From Escherichia phage vB-EcoP-XT32: a stretch of 64,000 nucleotides of DNA. Below the pieces are notes generated by a model, which saw nothing but the letters and a program-made list of their open reading frames with translations, had not been told where the DNA came from and did not search any database. Made by a program: the position numbers and the translations under genes. The stretch lies in sequence record OR757435. One strand, written 5' to 3'. Of this stretch, positions 8,699 to 18,616 are shown piece by piece. The number at the start of each line of letters is the position of its first letter. Within the stretch, counting starts at the first letter, position 1.

Positions 8699-11600
8699 AT
8701 GATCAGTTACAACAATTCAGCACCTACAGCGGTGAATAATGTAGGCCAATTTGGTGCTACAGAAGGATCAATTGGTGCTTATAAATCAGCGGCTGAGTAT
8801 GCAGCTGATGCTAAATATTGGGCGCTGTTATCCCAGACTAAATATTCTTCAGTAGATGAGATTCTTGCTGAGGTAGAACGTCTATACGCTCAAGGGTTCC
8901 TGCTAGAGTCTGACATTAAGCAACTTAAAGAAGACTTTGAAGCACAGAATCAGACTCTTCTAGGTCTTATTCAGTCTACGGGACAGGCTATTGACAATAC
9001 AAATGCAGCTACAGATCTTTCAAGAGAAGCAACGCAGCAAGTCCTAGAACAGCTTGATATTATTTCTAATATGACGGTACAGACGACGCTACTACCCCCA
9101 GGTAGTTTGGCAACGGGTTCCTATGACAATACAACTGGTGTATTCTCTTTTGGTATTCCAGAAGGGAAGCCGGGTCGTGACGGAACAGATGGTACAATTT
9201 CAGACATTGGGGAAACTCCTGTTGGTATTCCTGTGTCGGATGATTATGGTTTTTTCGTAGATAAGGACTCTGGTGGGCTGTATAGAACCTCAATGGTTGA
9301 CATTGCTAATCTAATCCCCTCTGTTCGGTCAGTATCTCTTAATGGAGGTGTTGCTCAAACAGGAGAAGTTTCTTTACAGGTGGTTTCCAGTTTTAACTCA
9401 CGGACAGGTGTTGTATCACCGCAGGCCGGAGACTATACTGTTGAGCAGATTACCGGTGCAGCTAAGAGTGGCTCTAACTCAGATATTACCTCCCTCTCAG
9501 GTCTAACCACACCTCTCTCTCTGCTCCAAGGCGGTACGGGTTCTTCCACGGCAGAGGGGTCTAGATCTAATTTAGGATTAGGTGATGTTTCTGTAGAAAA
9601 TATTGTTCCTATTTCGAAAGGTGGTACAGGAGCAATTAATACTACTATTGCTAGATCTAATTTAGGATTAGGTGATGTTTCTGTAGAAAATATTGTTCCT
9701 ATTTCGAAAGGTGGTACAGGAGCAATTAATACTACTATTGCTAGATCTAATTTAGGATTAGGTGATGTTTCTGTAGAAAATATTGTTCCTATTTCGAAAG
9801 GTGGTACAGGAGCAATTAATACTACTATTGCTAGATCTAATTTAGGATTAGGTGATGTTTCTGTAGAAAATATTGTTCCTATTTCGAAAGGTGGTACAGG
9901 AGCAATTAATACTACTATTGCTAGATCTAATTTAGGATTAGGTGATGTTTCTGTAGAAAATATTGTTCCTATTTCGAAAGGTGGTACAGGAGCAATTAAT
10001 ACTACTATTGCTAGATCTAATTTAGGATTAGGTGATGTTTCTGTAGAAAATATTGTTCCTATTTCGAAAGGTGGTACAGGAGCCTCTTCTCCGGACACGG
10101 CAAGGCTCGCACTGGTTGCGGCTAAGAGTGGGGCTAACTCAGATATTACTTCGATGACAAATAAGGTAACTTTTTCTCAACCTATACGTATACCAAACGC
10201 CGTTGAGAGTGACGAAGCAGTGGCATTAGGTCAGGTATCTAATGTGGTCTCTCAAGAACTAGGCCTGCCTACAGGGTTTAATCTTATTGGAGATCTCCCC
10301 TCTATTGAACAACTTCAGACCTTAGAGGGAGCTTCTGTAGGTGACAAAGTCTTTGTAAGATCTTATGTCGAAGGGGCTAATATGGGAGGGGGTGTGTTTG
10401 TAGCAATAGACAATTCAGAAACAGCTGATGGGGTGGTGGTTTTCAGTGGAGTTTCTGTAAAATGGAAGAGGTTGCTATTCTCTGGAGAAGCTTCTGTGTT
10501 TGATGCAGGCTACACTGGCAGCGGGGATATTGCTGTTTATATCAACAAAGTGAACTCCTCTGGTTACGATTGTATAGTTCCAACTTCTGGATCCGTATTA
10601 TCTGAGATAGCTATTGACGTTTCTAAAGGAGCCTTGATAGGCTATAATAATTGTAAGCTTCAGGAAGGGGCTGGAGCAACAGGTCAATATTTCTTGAAGA
10701 TTATAAATTCAAACACAGATTATGGGCTTAGAGATTCGATTTCTTCAACAGCTAAGATATCAGGAGTGTCCTTTGTTGGTCTAGGTGCCAGAAAGGTTGT
10801 AATTGGAGGGACTGATAGTGGGGAGGTGTCGGAAGTTCGGATAGAAAATTGTGGTTTTATCTCAACAGCTGGTCTTGAATTCCTTGATAATTCATATAGG
10901 ATCCTTTTTGACAAATGTGCAATAAGTAGAAGCTTTACGGACACGGTTGTTTTTAAATCAAGAGCGAACTCTGGAGAAGTTATAAAGTTCAATCACTGCT
11001 GGTGCGTGGATAACGGAGGACCTTTTACTTTTGAGAATGGACAATTCATCTTTGATACGTGTTCACTTCCTGCTGGGAAAAAGTCTGGATATTTTGACCC
11101 AACCATTATAATGACAGACAACGCCACAGTTGTTTTTTCTAATGGGAACATTGAGTATCAACCGGATCAGTCTTTTGTTTCTTTTTCTGTTAATGGTAGT
11201 TCGAGATTGAGCATAAAAGATTCGACAATTTTGGTCCCTGTAGGTTTTAGTTCTGTCCCTATAGTAAGTAATGGGGATGGTTTTGTTTCTCTGACAAACT
11301 GCTCTCTACCTCTGTATGGCAACAATACTCTAGCCACTGGTTTCCCTACTCGCCAACTCATCGGCGGTGATAGTAAGAGAGTTGTGTCTAACGGATGTTA
11401 CCCTAGAGCTGGTTTTGTCTTAAGTAGGTGGGATCTTGGATCTATTGTAAGCCCTTACATTAATAGTCTTAGTAATGGTTCCGGGCAATTCTTAAATACA
11501 TCTAACTGGACATTTAGTCAAACAGGATCAGGGGTAGTGTCAGTTTCTCAACCCAATGATGTTCCGAGTTCGTCTCCTATGTTTAACACATCATTCTCTT

Positions 11601-11914
11601 TTGGTGTCCCAGATACGACTAGCTCGGCAAACTTCACCCAATCAGTGAGTGAGTGTCATCCCGGAAGATACTTTCAGTTTGGTTTTTGGGCTAAGAATAC
11701 AACCACTACACTAGCATCTATTAGGTTTCTAGATTCAGCAGGTAATGCAGTTTCTGAGTCTATTGGATATTACATACCTAGTAACAACTCGTTCAGTTTC
11801 TATGCTGTTATTGATTCAGTTCCTCCAGGGTCCAGTAAGGCTGAAATTAATTTCAACATAGGTGGCGCAGTTGGGGGGTGTGTTCTTCACAACATCATCT
11901 ATGGATTGATATGA
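8699..11914 (+). CDS. tail fiber/tailspike protein with tandem 30-aa repeats
   Basis: 1071 aa; fiber-like N-terminus; 5.8 perfect copies of a 30-aa unit (RSNLGLGDVSVENIVPISKGGTGAINTTIA); S/T/N/G-rich C-terminal region. Confidence 0.7.
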   Translation: MISYNNSAPTAVNNVGQFGATEGSIGAYKSAAEYAADAKYWALLSQTKYSSVDEILAEVERLYAQGFLLESDIKQLKEDFEAQNQTLLGLIQSTGQAIDNTNAATDLSREATQQVLEQLDIISNMTVQTTLLPPGSLATGSYDNTTGVFSFGIPEGKPGRDGTDGTISDIGETPVGIPVSDDYGFFVDKDSGGLYRTSMVDIANLIPSVRSVSLNGGVAQTGEVSLQVVSSFNSRTGVVSPQAGDYTVEQITGAAKSGSNSDITSLSGLTTPLSLLQGGTGSSTAEGSRSNLGLGDVSVENIVPISKGGTGAINTTIARSNLGLGDVSVENIVPISKGGTGAINTTIARSNLGLGDVSVENIVPISKGGTGAINTTIARSNLGLGDVSVENIVPISKGGTGAINTTIARSNLGLGDVSVENIVPISKGGTGAINTTIARSNLGLGDVSVENIVPISKGGTGASSPDTARLALVAAKSGANSDITSMTNKVTFSQPIRIPNAVESDEAVALGQVSNVVSQELGLPTGFNLIGDLPSIEQLQTLEGASVGDKVFVRSYVEGANMGGGVFVAIDNSETADGVVVFSGVSVKWKRLLFSGEASVFDAGYTGSGDIAVYINKVNSSGYDCIVPTSGSVLSEIAIDVSKGALIGYNNCKLQEGAGATGQYFLKIINSNTDYGLRDSISSTAKISGVSFVGLGARKVVIGGTDSGEVSEVRIENCGFISTAGLEFLDNSYRILFDKCAISRSFTDTVVFKSRANSGEVIKFNHCWCVDNGGPFTFENGQFIFDTCSLPAGKKSGYFDPTIIMTDNATVVFSNGNIEYQPDQSFVSFSVNGSSRLSIKDSTILVPVGFSSVPIVSNGDGFVSLTNCSLPLYGNNTLATGFPTRQLIGGDSKRVVSNGCYPRAGFVLSRWDLGSIVSPYINSLSNGSGQFLNTSNWTFSQTGSGVVSVSQPNDVPSSSPMFNTSFSFGVPDTTSSANFTQSVSECHPGRYFQFGFWAKNTTTTLASIRFLDSAGNAVSESIGYYIPSNNSFSFYAVIDSVPPGSSKAEINFNIGGAVGGCVLHNIIYGLI
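9561..10083 (+). repeat. perfect tandem repeat array, 90-bp unit x 5.8 copies, in-frame inside tail fiber gene
   Basis: Unit CTAGATCTAATTTAGG...ACTACTATTG repeats at 9561, 9651, 9741, 9831, 9921, 10011 with 100 percent identity. Confidence 0.95.
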
Positions 11915-11943
11915 TCTTGATACTCTATATGTGATAAGAACAG

Positions 11944-11981
11944 CCCATCAAGAATTTTTAGCAGTACCTTTTCTTGATGGG
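11944..11981 (+). promoter_or_regulatory. strong hairpin downstream of tail fiber gene (terminator or processing site)
   Basis: Perfect 11-bp inverted repeat CCCATCAAGAA ... TTCTTGATGGG with 16-nt loop; no clear U tract. Confidence 0.4.
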
Positions 11982-12029
11982 TAATGAAACTAATATATCT
12001 CAAGAGGTTAATATATAGGAGACACTTAA

Positions 12030-12248
12030 ATGAAAATGATGAAACAAGCTGCATATGGTTTGGTGTGTTTAGGTGCAGGTGTTGTGGTGTCGACCGCAGT
12101 TCCTGTAGGTGCAGTTCACCCATTAGTAAATATCCCTGCTCCAGTAGAGAAACTTAGTTCTCAATGTAAGCAGAGAATAATTCAAAATAACTTAGTTGTT
12201 ATTTGTCCTGATGCTGAATCTAACGCTCTGAGAAAGATATTACCTTAA
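12030..12248 (+). CDS. small protein with N-terminal hydrophobic segment (secreted/membrane; possible lysis accessory)
   Basis: 72 aa; MKMMKQAAYGLVCLGAGVVVSTAVPVGAV signal/TM-like segment; directly upstream of endolysin; AT-rich TAATATATAGG element plus SD upstream. Confidence 0.5.
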   Translation: MKMMKQAAYGLVCLGAGVVVSTAVPVGAVHPLVNIPAPVEKLSSQCKQRIIQNNLVVICPDAESNALRKILP

Positions 12249-12277
12249 TCTAAAGGGACTACAAAAGGAGGTTAGAA

Positions 12278-12769
12278 ATGGATAACGCCGCATTGCCACC
12301 TGTACAATTAAACTTAAGCCCAGCTGGAATTGAATTTATCATGAAGCATGAGGGTATGAGAACTAAGGCTTATAAAGATTCCGCAGGTATCTGGACGATA
12401 TGTGTAGGGGCTACGCGCGATATGAATGGTTATCCGGTTAGACAAGGATTAACGTATTCTATAGAGGATTGTCTAGCTCTGCTAGATAGAGACACACAAG
12501 ACTCTGTTCGTGCTACTCAGAAGAACATAAAGGTTCCTTTGCTAGTTCATGAGTTTGATGCACTCACCTCTTTCAACTTTAATGTTGGTAGTGGGGCTTT
12601 GAGCACATCTAAGTTAAGGAAGGTTATCAATGGAGACGTTAAAGGGGATGTATATTCTGAATTTCTTCGTTGGGATAAGATAACGGTCAAGGGAGTGAAG
12701 CAGAGAAGTCAGGGTCTTCATAACAGAAGGGTTGCAGAAGCTGATCTTTATACCGAAGGTAAATATTAA
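12278..12769 (+). CDS. endolysin, GH24 lysozyme (T4 lysozyme/lambda R family)
   Basis: 163 aa; catalytic region HEGMRTKAYKDSAGIWTICVGAT matches the T4L pattern E..(K/R).Y.D..G..TIG.G. Confidence 0.85.
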   Translation: MDNAALPPVQLNLSPAGIEFIMKHEGMRTKAYKDSAGIWTICVGATRDMNGYPVRQGLTYSIEDCLALLDRDTQDSVRATQKNIKVPLLVHEFDALTSFNFNVGSGALSTSKLRKVINGDVKGDVYSEFLRWDKITVKGVKQRSQGLHNRRVAEADLYTEGKY

Positions 12770-12781
12770 TGGAGGTGCCTC

Positions 12782-13585
12782 TTGGCTATTGAAACTAATG
12801 CGGTAGTAGTTACCGACTTAAACCCTCTCTATCCTCGTGATAGAGATTATATCTATGAAGGTGCAGCCCAGCTGCGCCTAGTTAAGCAAGTATTACAGAA
12901 CACATTCCCCAACTTAACTGAGCCTATGACAGTAGATTCTGATACACTAGCCGCCATCTCTGACAAGATCTCTTTTGCTGGTGACTATATGGATGTTGGT
13001 GGTCTGATGATTAAGAACGGTACAGCAGGTACTGGTAATAGCGACTTTACCACCAAAGCTCAAATGGAATCTTTTATGCTCAACTGGATGCAGAATAAGA
13101 TTTACAGGGTTGGGTCTTATTACATCACTGAGGAAGATATTAACCCTGGAGATTCTACATCTTTAGGGTTTGGTATCTGGACAGCAGTTACTGGTGTTAT
13201 CATGGGTGCTGGGGTTGTGAACCCTGATGGGACAGTCCCTAATGCTCAGCGTGTGGAGTTTACTGCTGGTGCTACAGGTGGTCGTGTTTACAACACAGTT
13301 AAGACAGAGAACCTGCCATTGACTACAATCTCTGGTTCAAGTTTTTCTCTTTCTAACTATACACACTCACACACTACATCATTTGGACGTGGAGATGCAA
13401 GTGGTCATAATAGCTCACCTAACTGGTACAGTCCAGGTAGTGGATATTCTGCTGTAACAAGTTCTGATACCCACACCCACTCTATCACTGGCAATGCAAC
13501 ATTTGGCTATGATGACGTATCTCGTCAACCTATAAATACGCTACCACCTTTCCGTGCAGCATATATCTGGAGACGTATTAGTTAA
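12782..13585 (+). CDS. tail fiber protein with phage tail-collar-type C-terminal domain
   Basis: TTG start with GGAGG 6 nt upstream; S/T/G/H-rich C-terminus (SHTTSFGRGDASGHNS...THTHSITG...LPPFRAAYIWRRIS) resembling collar-domain fibers. Confidence 0.6.
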   Translation: MAIETNAVVVTDLNPLYPRDRDYIYEGAAQLRLVKQVLQNTFPNLTEPMTVDSDTLAAISDKISFAGDYMDVGGLMIKNGTAGTGNSDFTTKAQMESFMLNWMQNKIYRVGSYYITEEDINPGDSTSLGFGIWTAVTGVIMGAGVVNPDGTVPNAQRVEFTAGATGGRVYNTVKTENLPLTTISGSSFSLSNYTHSHTTSFGRGDASGHNSSPNWYSPGSGYSAVTSSDTHTHSITGNATFGYDDVSRQPINTLPPFRAAYIWRRIS

Positions 13586-13594
13586 GGAGGAAGT

Positions 13595-16552
13595 ATGGCT
13601 CTCTACCCAATAAAATCTTTGGGTGCGGTTGGTGTTATTGCCGACCAATCTCCTACAGATCTGGCTCCTAATGCATTCACTAATGCAATCAATGCTCGGT
13701 TTGTAGAACAGCGTGTGTTTAAAACGGGGGGCTCTGCCCCTCTTTCTTACGTTGAGAGTGATAAAGAAATAAAACCATTATCATTCGCTTCAATGCCTTT
13801 TGACTACTTTAGCGCTAACAATAGCTTCTTGCTGGTAGGTACAGATAAGAGTATTTTTAGACTGAACAACGAATCTATGATTGATGTTAGTCGAAGAGTG
13901 GCTACAGTCACCAAAAAAGCTGTGTCTTATGTTAAGATAAATCCTGTACTAACGGAGATCATCCCTAAAGAAACGTCTGTCATTATGAATTTTAATGAAA
14001 GCAAGACTCTTGAGGTATCTCTTCTTCCGGAGGGTGTTACTACACCATCTCTTGTGTGGGAGGTTAGTAATCCTTCTTATGGTTCAATACTAGTTGATCC
14101 TGATGATAGTAAGAAAGCTACATTGAGTGTCTTATCTAATGAGGGCAGCTTTACTGTCACTGTCTCTAATGAAGATGATTCTGTGACTGCCAGCATCTCC
14201 GTAAGGGTTGTTGATTCTGATTCTGGTATCTTCCTTAACCGGGACTCTGTCCAACTCCGTAAAGGCGGAACAACCACACTTACAGCAACATCCAGTAAGA
14301 CCCCTCTAACATGGACTTCTTCTAACCCAGCCATTATTTCTGTAGCTCCTAACGGTGATACTACTACAGCAGTTTTATCCGCTCAAGGAGTAGGTAATGC
14401 ACTAATAACTGCAAGCAATGGGTCTAAGACCTCAGAATGTTCTGTTAGTGTTATTAATCAAATTGACAGTATATCTTTGAGTCAAACAGATTTACAAATT
14501 AACCGTGGGGCGTCATATGTCTTGTATGCTAGTTTAATCCCATCAAATGCTGCAAATCAGAAAATAACTTGGACCTCCTCTAATCCAAATATTGCTACTG
14601 TTTCTGGAACAGGTCTTCAAGGTACTATCTCTGGACTCACAGCTGGGTTCACAGTTATAACAGCAACTACGGAAGAAGGTGAGAGGACAGCTACCTGTAG
14701 TGTTAGAGTTGAGCTGTCAAGTAGAACCCTTTTTGCTGCTGCATCAGCTCCTCCTGAAGAACCGAGTTCTACGGATTCAGGTATCGACACTTCGGCTATG
14801 TCAGAGGGCAACCCTTTTTATGACTATTCTATGGTTGATGGAGTCGAAGCCTATTCTTTAAATGCAGTTATGTCAAGGTCAGCTCAACTTGAAACTTTAA
14901 CTCTTGACATTGTGGATACTGAAATTGATGTTGGAGATGAATTAGTAATAACTGCAACGGCATTCCCTGAAGGAGACTATCTTTATAATTGGGTGGTAGA
15001 TCAGCCGGGATATGTATCCTCTACTTCCACTACTGGGCCTTCCTTTACCTTAACTGCTATTAAGACTGGCAAAGTGAAGATAACCTGTACTGCTAGTCAG
15101 GTAGCTCGTAGAGACTATGAAGCGTTTGAGGAATATCCTTGGTACAATACGATTATTTCTAACTGCGCAGTATTCACCACTCACTACGAAACCCCTCAAG
15201 TAAAAGAGTTTGCCTCTGAGTACTTCACAGATCTTCCGGGGTGGGGGGAGCAGACGATAGTTGATGCTAACGGAAACCCATCTGTTGTAAAATATAACTG
15301 GAAGTGCGAAAGGATTCGTGCATTTAATAATCGCCTATTTGCTCTTAATATGCGAGAGTCTAATGCATCAGGGGTTACCACTCACTATCCTCTTCGCCTT
15401 CGCTGGTCTAATTACGCTAATGAGAATAAGGCACCTACTTTATGGGATGATTTTGCTTACGATAGATATGTGACTTCAGACTTAGCGGCAAACGTTGTAG
15501 GTCAGACTGAGGCTCTGGAAAATGGATATGCTGGGTATATAGATTTAGCTGACTCAAACGGTAGTTTAGTTGAGATTCTTCCTCTTAAGGATTACTTATT
15601 TATCTACACAGAGTTTGAGACTTACATCGGATCCCCAACTAACAACACATATCAACCACTAATGTTCAAGAAGCTCTTCAACGATTCTGGAATCTTAGCT
15701 CCTGAGTGTGTGGTTGAAGTTGAGAGCAGTCACTTTGTTGTTACTCAGAATGATGTTATTCTACACAATGGTGCAACTAAGAAATCTATTGCATCCAACA
15801 GGGTCAAGAACATGCTTATCAACGAAATCTGTTTAGTAAACCCTTTAGCCACTAAGGTTCACTTACATCAAGATAAGAAGGAAGTGTGGATTCTCTATGT
15901 TGGACCCGGAGAGCCTGCTGGGAGTTTTGCTTGTACTAAAGCCGCTGTATGGAACTATGAGTTTGATACATGGTCTTTCCGTACAATCCCATTCTCTCAT
16001 TGTATCGGTTTAGTTGATCCTCCAACTCTAGAGAAAGGTCCTACTTGGGTGGATTTCCAAGAGTATACTTGGGATGACCCTTCAATCAGTGAACTTGTGT
16101 GGAGAAAGGATTCTACTAACTTCCGTCAGAGAGTCACTGTAGTAGGTTCTTGGATGAAAGGCTTTTACCAAGTGGATGTAGGTCCTTATGACTACTCATT
16201 CGATAGGTTGAATGATATTGTTGTCAGGAAGCCTTTAGAGATGAAACTGGAAAGAACTGGTATAGATTTTGACAATGTAACTAACGAATGGAATCAGAAG
16301 CACATAAACCGATTCCGTCCACAAGTAACAGGGTCAGGTACCTATATATTCCAAGCTGGCGGTAGTCAGTATTCTGATCAGGAAGATAGACATATTCACA
16401 GTGAAAAGTCTTATACGATTGGTGTGGACAGACATGTAGGTGTCCGACTGAACCATCCGTATCTATTCTATAATGTTATAGATAATGATGTTAACAGTAA
16501 TGCAGCTATCAATGGCCTAACTATTGAATTTGCTGTTGGCGGGCGAAGATAA
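13595..16552 (+). CDS. large tail/virion protein with multiple Ig-like (Big_2-type) domains
   Basis: 985 aa; repeated Ig-like segments (TWTSSNPAIISVAPNGDTTTAVLSAQGVGNALITASNG..., ITWTSSNPNIATVSGTGLQGTISGLTAGFTVITAT...). Confidence 0.6.
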   Translation: MALYPIKSLGAVGVIADQSPTDLAPNAFTNAINARFVEQRVFKTGGSAPLSYVESDKEIKPLSFASMPFDYFSANNSFLLVGTDKSIFRLNNESMIDVSRRVATVTKKAVSYVKINPVLTEIIPKETSVIMNFNESKTLEVSLLPEGVTTPSLVWEVSNPSYGSILVDPDDSKKATLSVLSNEGSFTVTVSNEDDSVTASISVRVVDSDSGIFLNRDSVQLRKGGTTTLTATSSKTPLTWTSSNPAIISVAPNGDTTTAVLSAQGVGNALITASNGSKTSECSVSVINQIDSISLSQTDLQINRGASYVLYASLIPSNAANQKITWTSSNPNIATVSGTGLQGTISGLTAGFTVITATTEEGERTATCSVRVELSSRTLFAAASAPPEEPSSTDSGIDTSAMSEGNPFYDYSMVDGVEAYSLNAVMSRSAQLETLTLDIVDTEIDVGDELVITATAFPEGDYLYNWVVDQPGYVSSTSTTGPSFTLTAIKTGKVKITCTASQVARRDYEAFEEYPWYNTIISNCAVFTTHYETPQVKEFASEYFTDLPGWGEQTIVDANGNPSVVKYNWKCERIRAFNNRLFALNMRESNASGVTTHYPLRLRWSNYANENKAPTLWDDFAYDRYVTSDLAANVVGQTEALENGYAGYIDLADSNGSLVEILPLKDYLFIYTEFETYIGSPTNNTYQPLMFKKLFNDSGILAPECVVEVESSHFVVTQNDVILHNGATKKSIASNRVKNMLINEICLVNPLATKVHLHQDKKEVWILYVGPGEPAGSFACTKAAVWNYEFDTWSFRTIPFSHCIGLVDPPTLEKGPTWVDFQEYTWDDPSISELVWRKDSTNFRQRVTVVGSWMKGFYQVDVGPYDYSFDRLNDIVVRKPLEMKLERTGIDFDNVTNEWNQKHINRFRPQVTGSGTYIFQAGGSQYSDQEDRHIHSEKSYTIGVDRHVGVRLNHPYLFYNVIDNDVNSNAAINGLTIEFAVGGRR

Positions 16553-16558
16553 TACTAA

Positions 16559-16586
16559 GGGAGCTTCGTGCTCCCTTTTCTTGTTT
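16559..16586 (+). terminator. rho-independent terminator
   Basis: GGGAGC-TTCGT-GCTCCC hairpin followed by TTTTCTTGTTT. Confidence 0.6.
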
Positions 16587-16602
16587 ATAAGAAGGAGGTT
16601 AT

Positions 16603-17571
16603 ATGGGTGCTGGTGGCTTTCGTAAGAATACCGGAAGAAACAACACAACACAACCTTATAGTGTGGGTTTTCTAAACACCTCTGAGAGTGTAGAAACTAA
16701 CAACGTTGCAATATATGATGAACTCCAGAATATCAGTACTGCAACTAATCAAATGTTCCAAGCTATAGATGAAATCCATGAGGAGATTGATGTTCGTATT
16801 AAAGCTCTTCATGCTATGAATTTACAATTCGATGAACTAGAGAACCGTGTTACTACAGAGATTGAGACTGCCATTGCAGATATCATAACACAAATGGGTA
16901 ATCTATCCACTGATGACATTTGGGATAATTCTGTTAGTCCTCCTGTCAAGCTGGATTCAACTGTGTCCGGTATCAAAACGTCTATAGAAGGAAATACAGC
17001 ATCTATCCAAACTGTCGAAGGGATTGTTAACGACCAAGGACAAGAGATAGCTCTTATTCAATCTGATCTCACTAATGGCACAGGAAGTGCATCTCAGTAT
17101 ATGAAGCTCACCGAGTATGAGGCTACTTGGGGTGTTAATTCCACAGTAAACGGCAAGACAGCAGGGGTAAAGCTAACAAACAATGGCACTATAAGCCAGT
17201 TCCAAGTAACAGCTGATAAGTTTGTGGTATCTGATGGCACGTCAGGAAGTACCCCATTCAGGGTTGAGAACGGTAGAGCTGTTATGGAGTTTGCTGATAT
17301 CACTAACGTAGTTATCACCTCTGCTCAAATTGCAACTGCTACTATTGAGTGGGGGCAGATTACCAACGTATCAATCACCAATGCTCAGATTCAAAGTTTG
17401 TCTGCTGATAAAATAACTGCTGGTACAATGTCAGGTACTAACTGGAGGTTTACTGTTGGAGGTGATTTCGTTATGGGTGGCACAGGTGGGGCACAATTAT
17501 GGATGAATGGAAACAGGATAGACTTCTATGATGGAAGTGGTGCTCTGAGAATTAGGATAGGGAGTTGGTGA
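16603..17571 (+). CDS. tail fiber-like structural protein
   Basis: 322 aa; repetitive fiber-like segments (ITNVVITSAQIATATIEWGQITNVSITNAQIQSLSADKITAG); SD AGGAGG upstream. Confidence 0.5.
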   Translation: MGAGGFRKNTGRNNTTQPYSVGFLNTSESVETNNVAIYDELQNISTATNQMFQAIDEIHEEIDVRIKALHAMNLQFDELENRVTTEIETAIADIITQMGNLSTDDIWDNSVSPPVKLDSTVSGIKTSIEGNTASIQTVEGIVNDQGQEIALIQSDLTNGTGSASQYMKLTEYEATWGVNSTVNGKTAGVKLTNNGTISQFQVTADKFVVSDGTSGSTPFRVENGRAVMEFADITNVVITSAQIATATIEWGQITNVSITNAQIQSLSADKITAGTMSGTNWRFTVGGDFVMGGTGGAQLWMNGNRIDFYDGSGALRIRIGSW

Positions 17572-17572
17572 T

Positions 17573-18604
17573 ATGGCATATGGAATTTGGACACAACCGG
17601 TAGGGCCGGGACCAGCTACACCAGCCCCTCTTTTCATAGACAGTGGAAGTACTTTCCCTCAGTTCAAGAATAGTATAAGAGGAAGTTTTAACTTTAACGG
17701 GGCAGGGAGGTCTTTCCCTATTAGTGGGTGGGATGGCAGTGGTCAGATAGTTATTGTTCCTACTGGTTCTTTATGCTGGCAATGGGAAGTCCCTCCTAAC
17801 CTAGTTCCTGATGTTTATTGTGTGAATGATATCTACGTAGAAAACAACTCCTCTTTTAGAGTCACTCTGAATCAGAACCCAGGTAGTAACCCTCTGTTCG
17901 ACTGTGGGTTCAACGTATACCAAATATGGCCTAGAGCGGATAGGAATTATGGAATTACCTTTTCCAATACAGCAGACTACTTCTCAATATCGGATAGTGG
18001 GGTTGTTGGTCAATGTATTTGGGCTTGGCAGGGGACCATAAACAACTCCCTTCAGATACCAAATATTGGTGGGTTCAATATGACCAATGCTGTTGTATTT
18101 GCTAATTGGTCTGATGGAGGGGTTGGTTTATCTTACACATCTGATGACAGGATTATTCGAGTCTATCAGAATAGGCCTTATGTCAACGGAAACACTAATG
18201 AAGGAGGGTCCGTCTTTGTGAGGATTGCCGTATTCTGCAACGGAGCTGGCGTTCCTGAGCATAACGGGGGTTTGAATATCTACTCTCCGGGCACCACTCA
18301 GTGCGTCTTCTCTACTAACAGAACACCTTTCACTGTAGATACTTTTATAGGTTCAGGTGGTGGTAACACTGGAATGTCGTATCCTATGATACCTCTTACT
18401 TCTGGAATAGGTGCAATAAAAGGCCAAGGTAGTGGATGGAGATATCAGCAAATGAGATCTCACACAATGAGCGGCTCTAGCATAGGAACTGGCTATGGAA
18501 GATACCTATTTCAGTGGGATCAAAATTACGACCTAGGAGCTGACACTGTAGTTAATCTATCAGTTCCTGTAATGAATGCAGCTAAGGTTTTTGCTGGACT
18601 ATAA
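17573..18604 (+). CDS. virion structural protein (hypothetical)
   Basis: 343 aa G/S/N-rich ORF translationally coupled to previous gene (TGATATG). Confidence 0.4.
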   Translation: MAYGIWTQPVGPGPATPAPLFIDSGSTFPQFKNSIRGSFNFNGAGRSFPISGWDGSGQIVIVPTGSLCWQWEVPPNLVPDVYCVNDIYVENNSSFRVTLNQNPGSNPLFDCGFNVYQIWPRADRNYGITFSNTADYFSISDSGVVGQCIWAWQGTINNSLQIPNIGGFNMTNAVVFANWSDGGVGLSYTSDDRIIRVYQNRPYVNGNTNEGGSVFVRIAVFCNGAGVPEHNGGLNIYSPGTTQCVFSTNRTPFTVDTFIGSGGGNTGMSYPMIPLTSGIGAIKGQGSGWRYQQMRSHTMSGSSIGTGYGRYLFQWDQNYDLGADTVVNLSVPVMNAAKVFAGL

Positions 18605-18616
18605 CAAGGAGATATT

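Noticed and set aside
9561-10083. Possible CRISPR array (regular direct repeats)
   Set aside because: The units are contiguous with no spacers, are 90 bp long and lie in-frame in a coding sequence; no cas genes are present.
9433-10098. 221-aa minus-strand ORF with internal repeats
   Set aside because: It is the antisense reading of the 90-bp tandem repeat array inside the tail fiber gene; its apparent repeat protein is an artefact.
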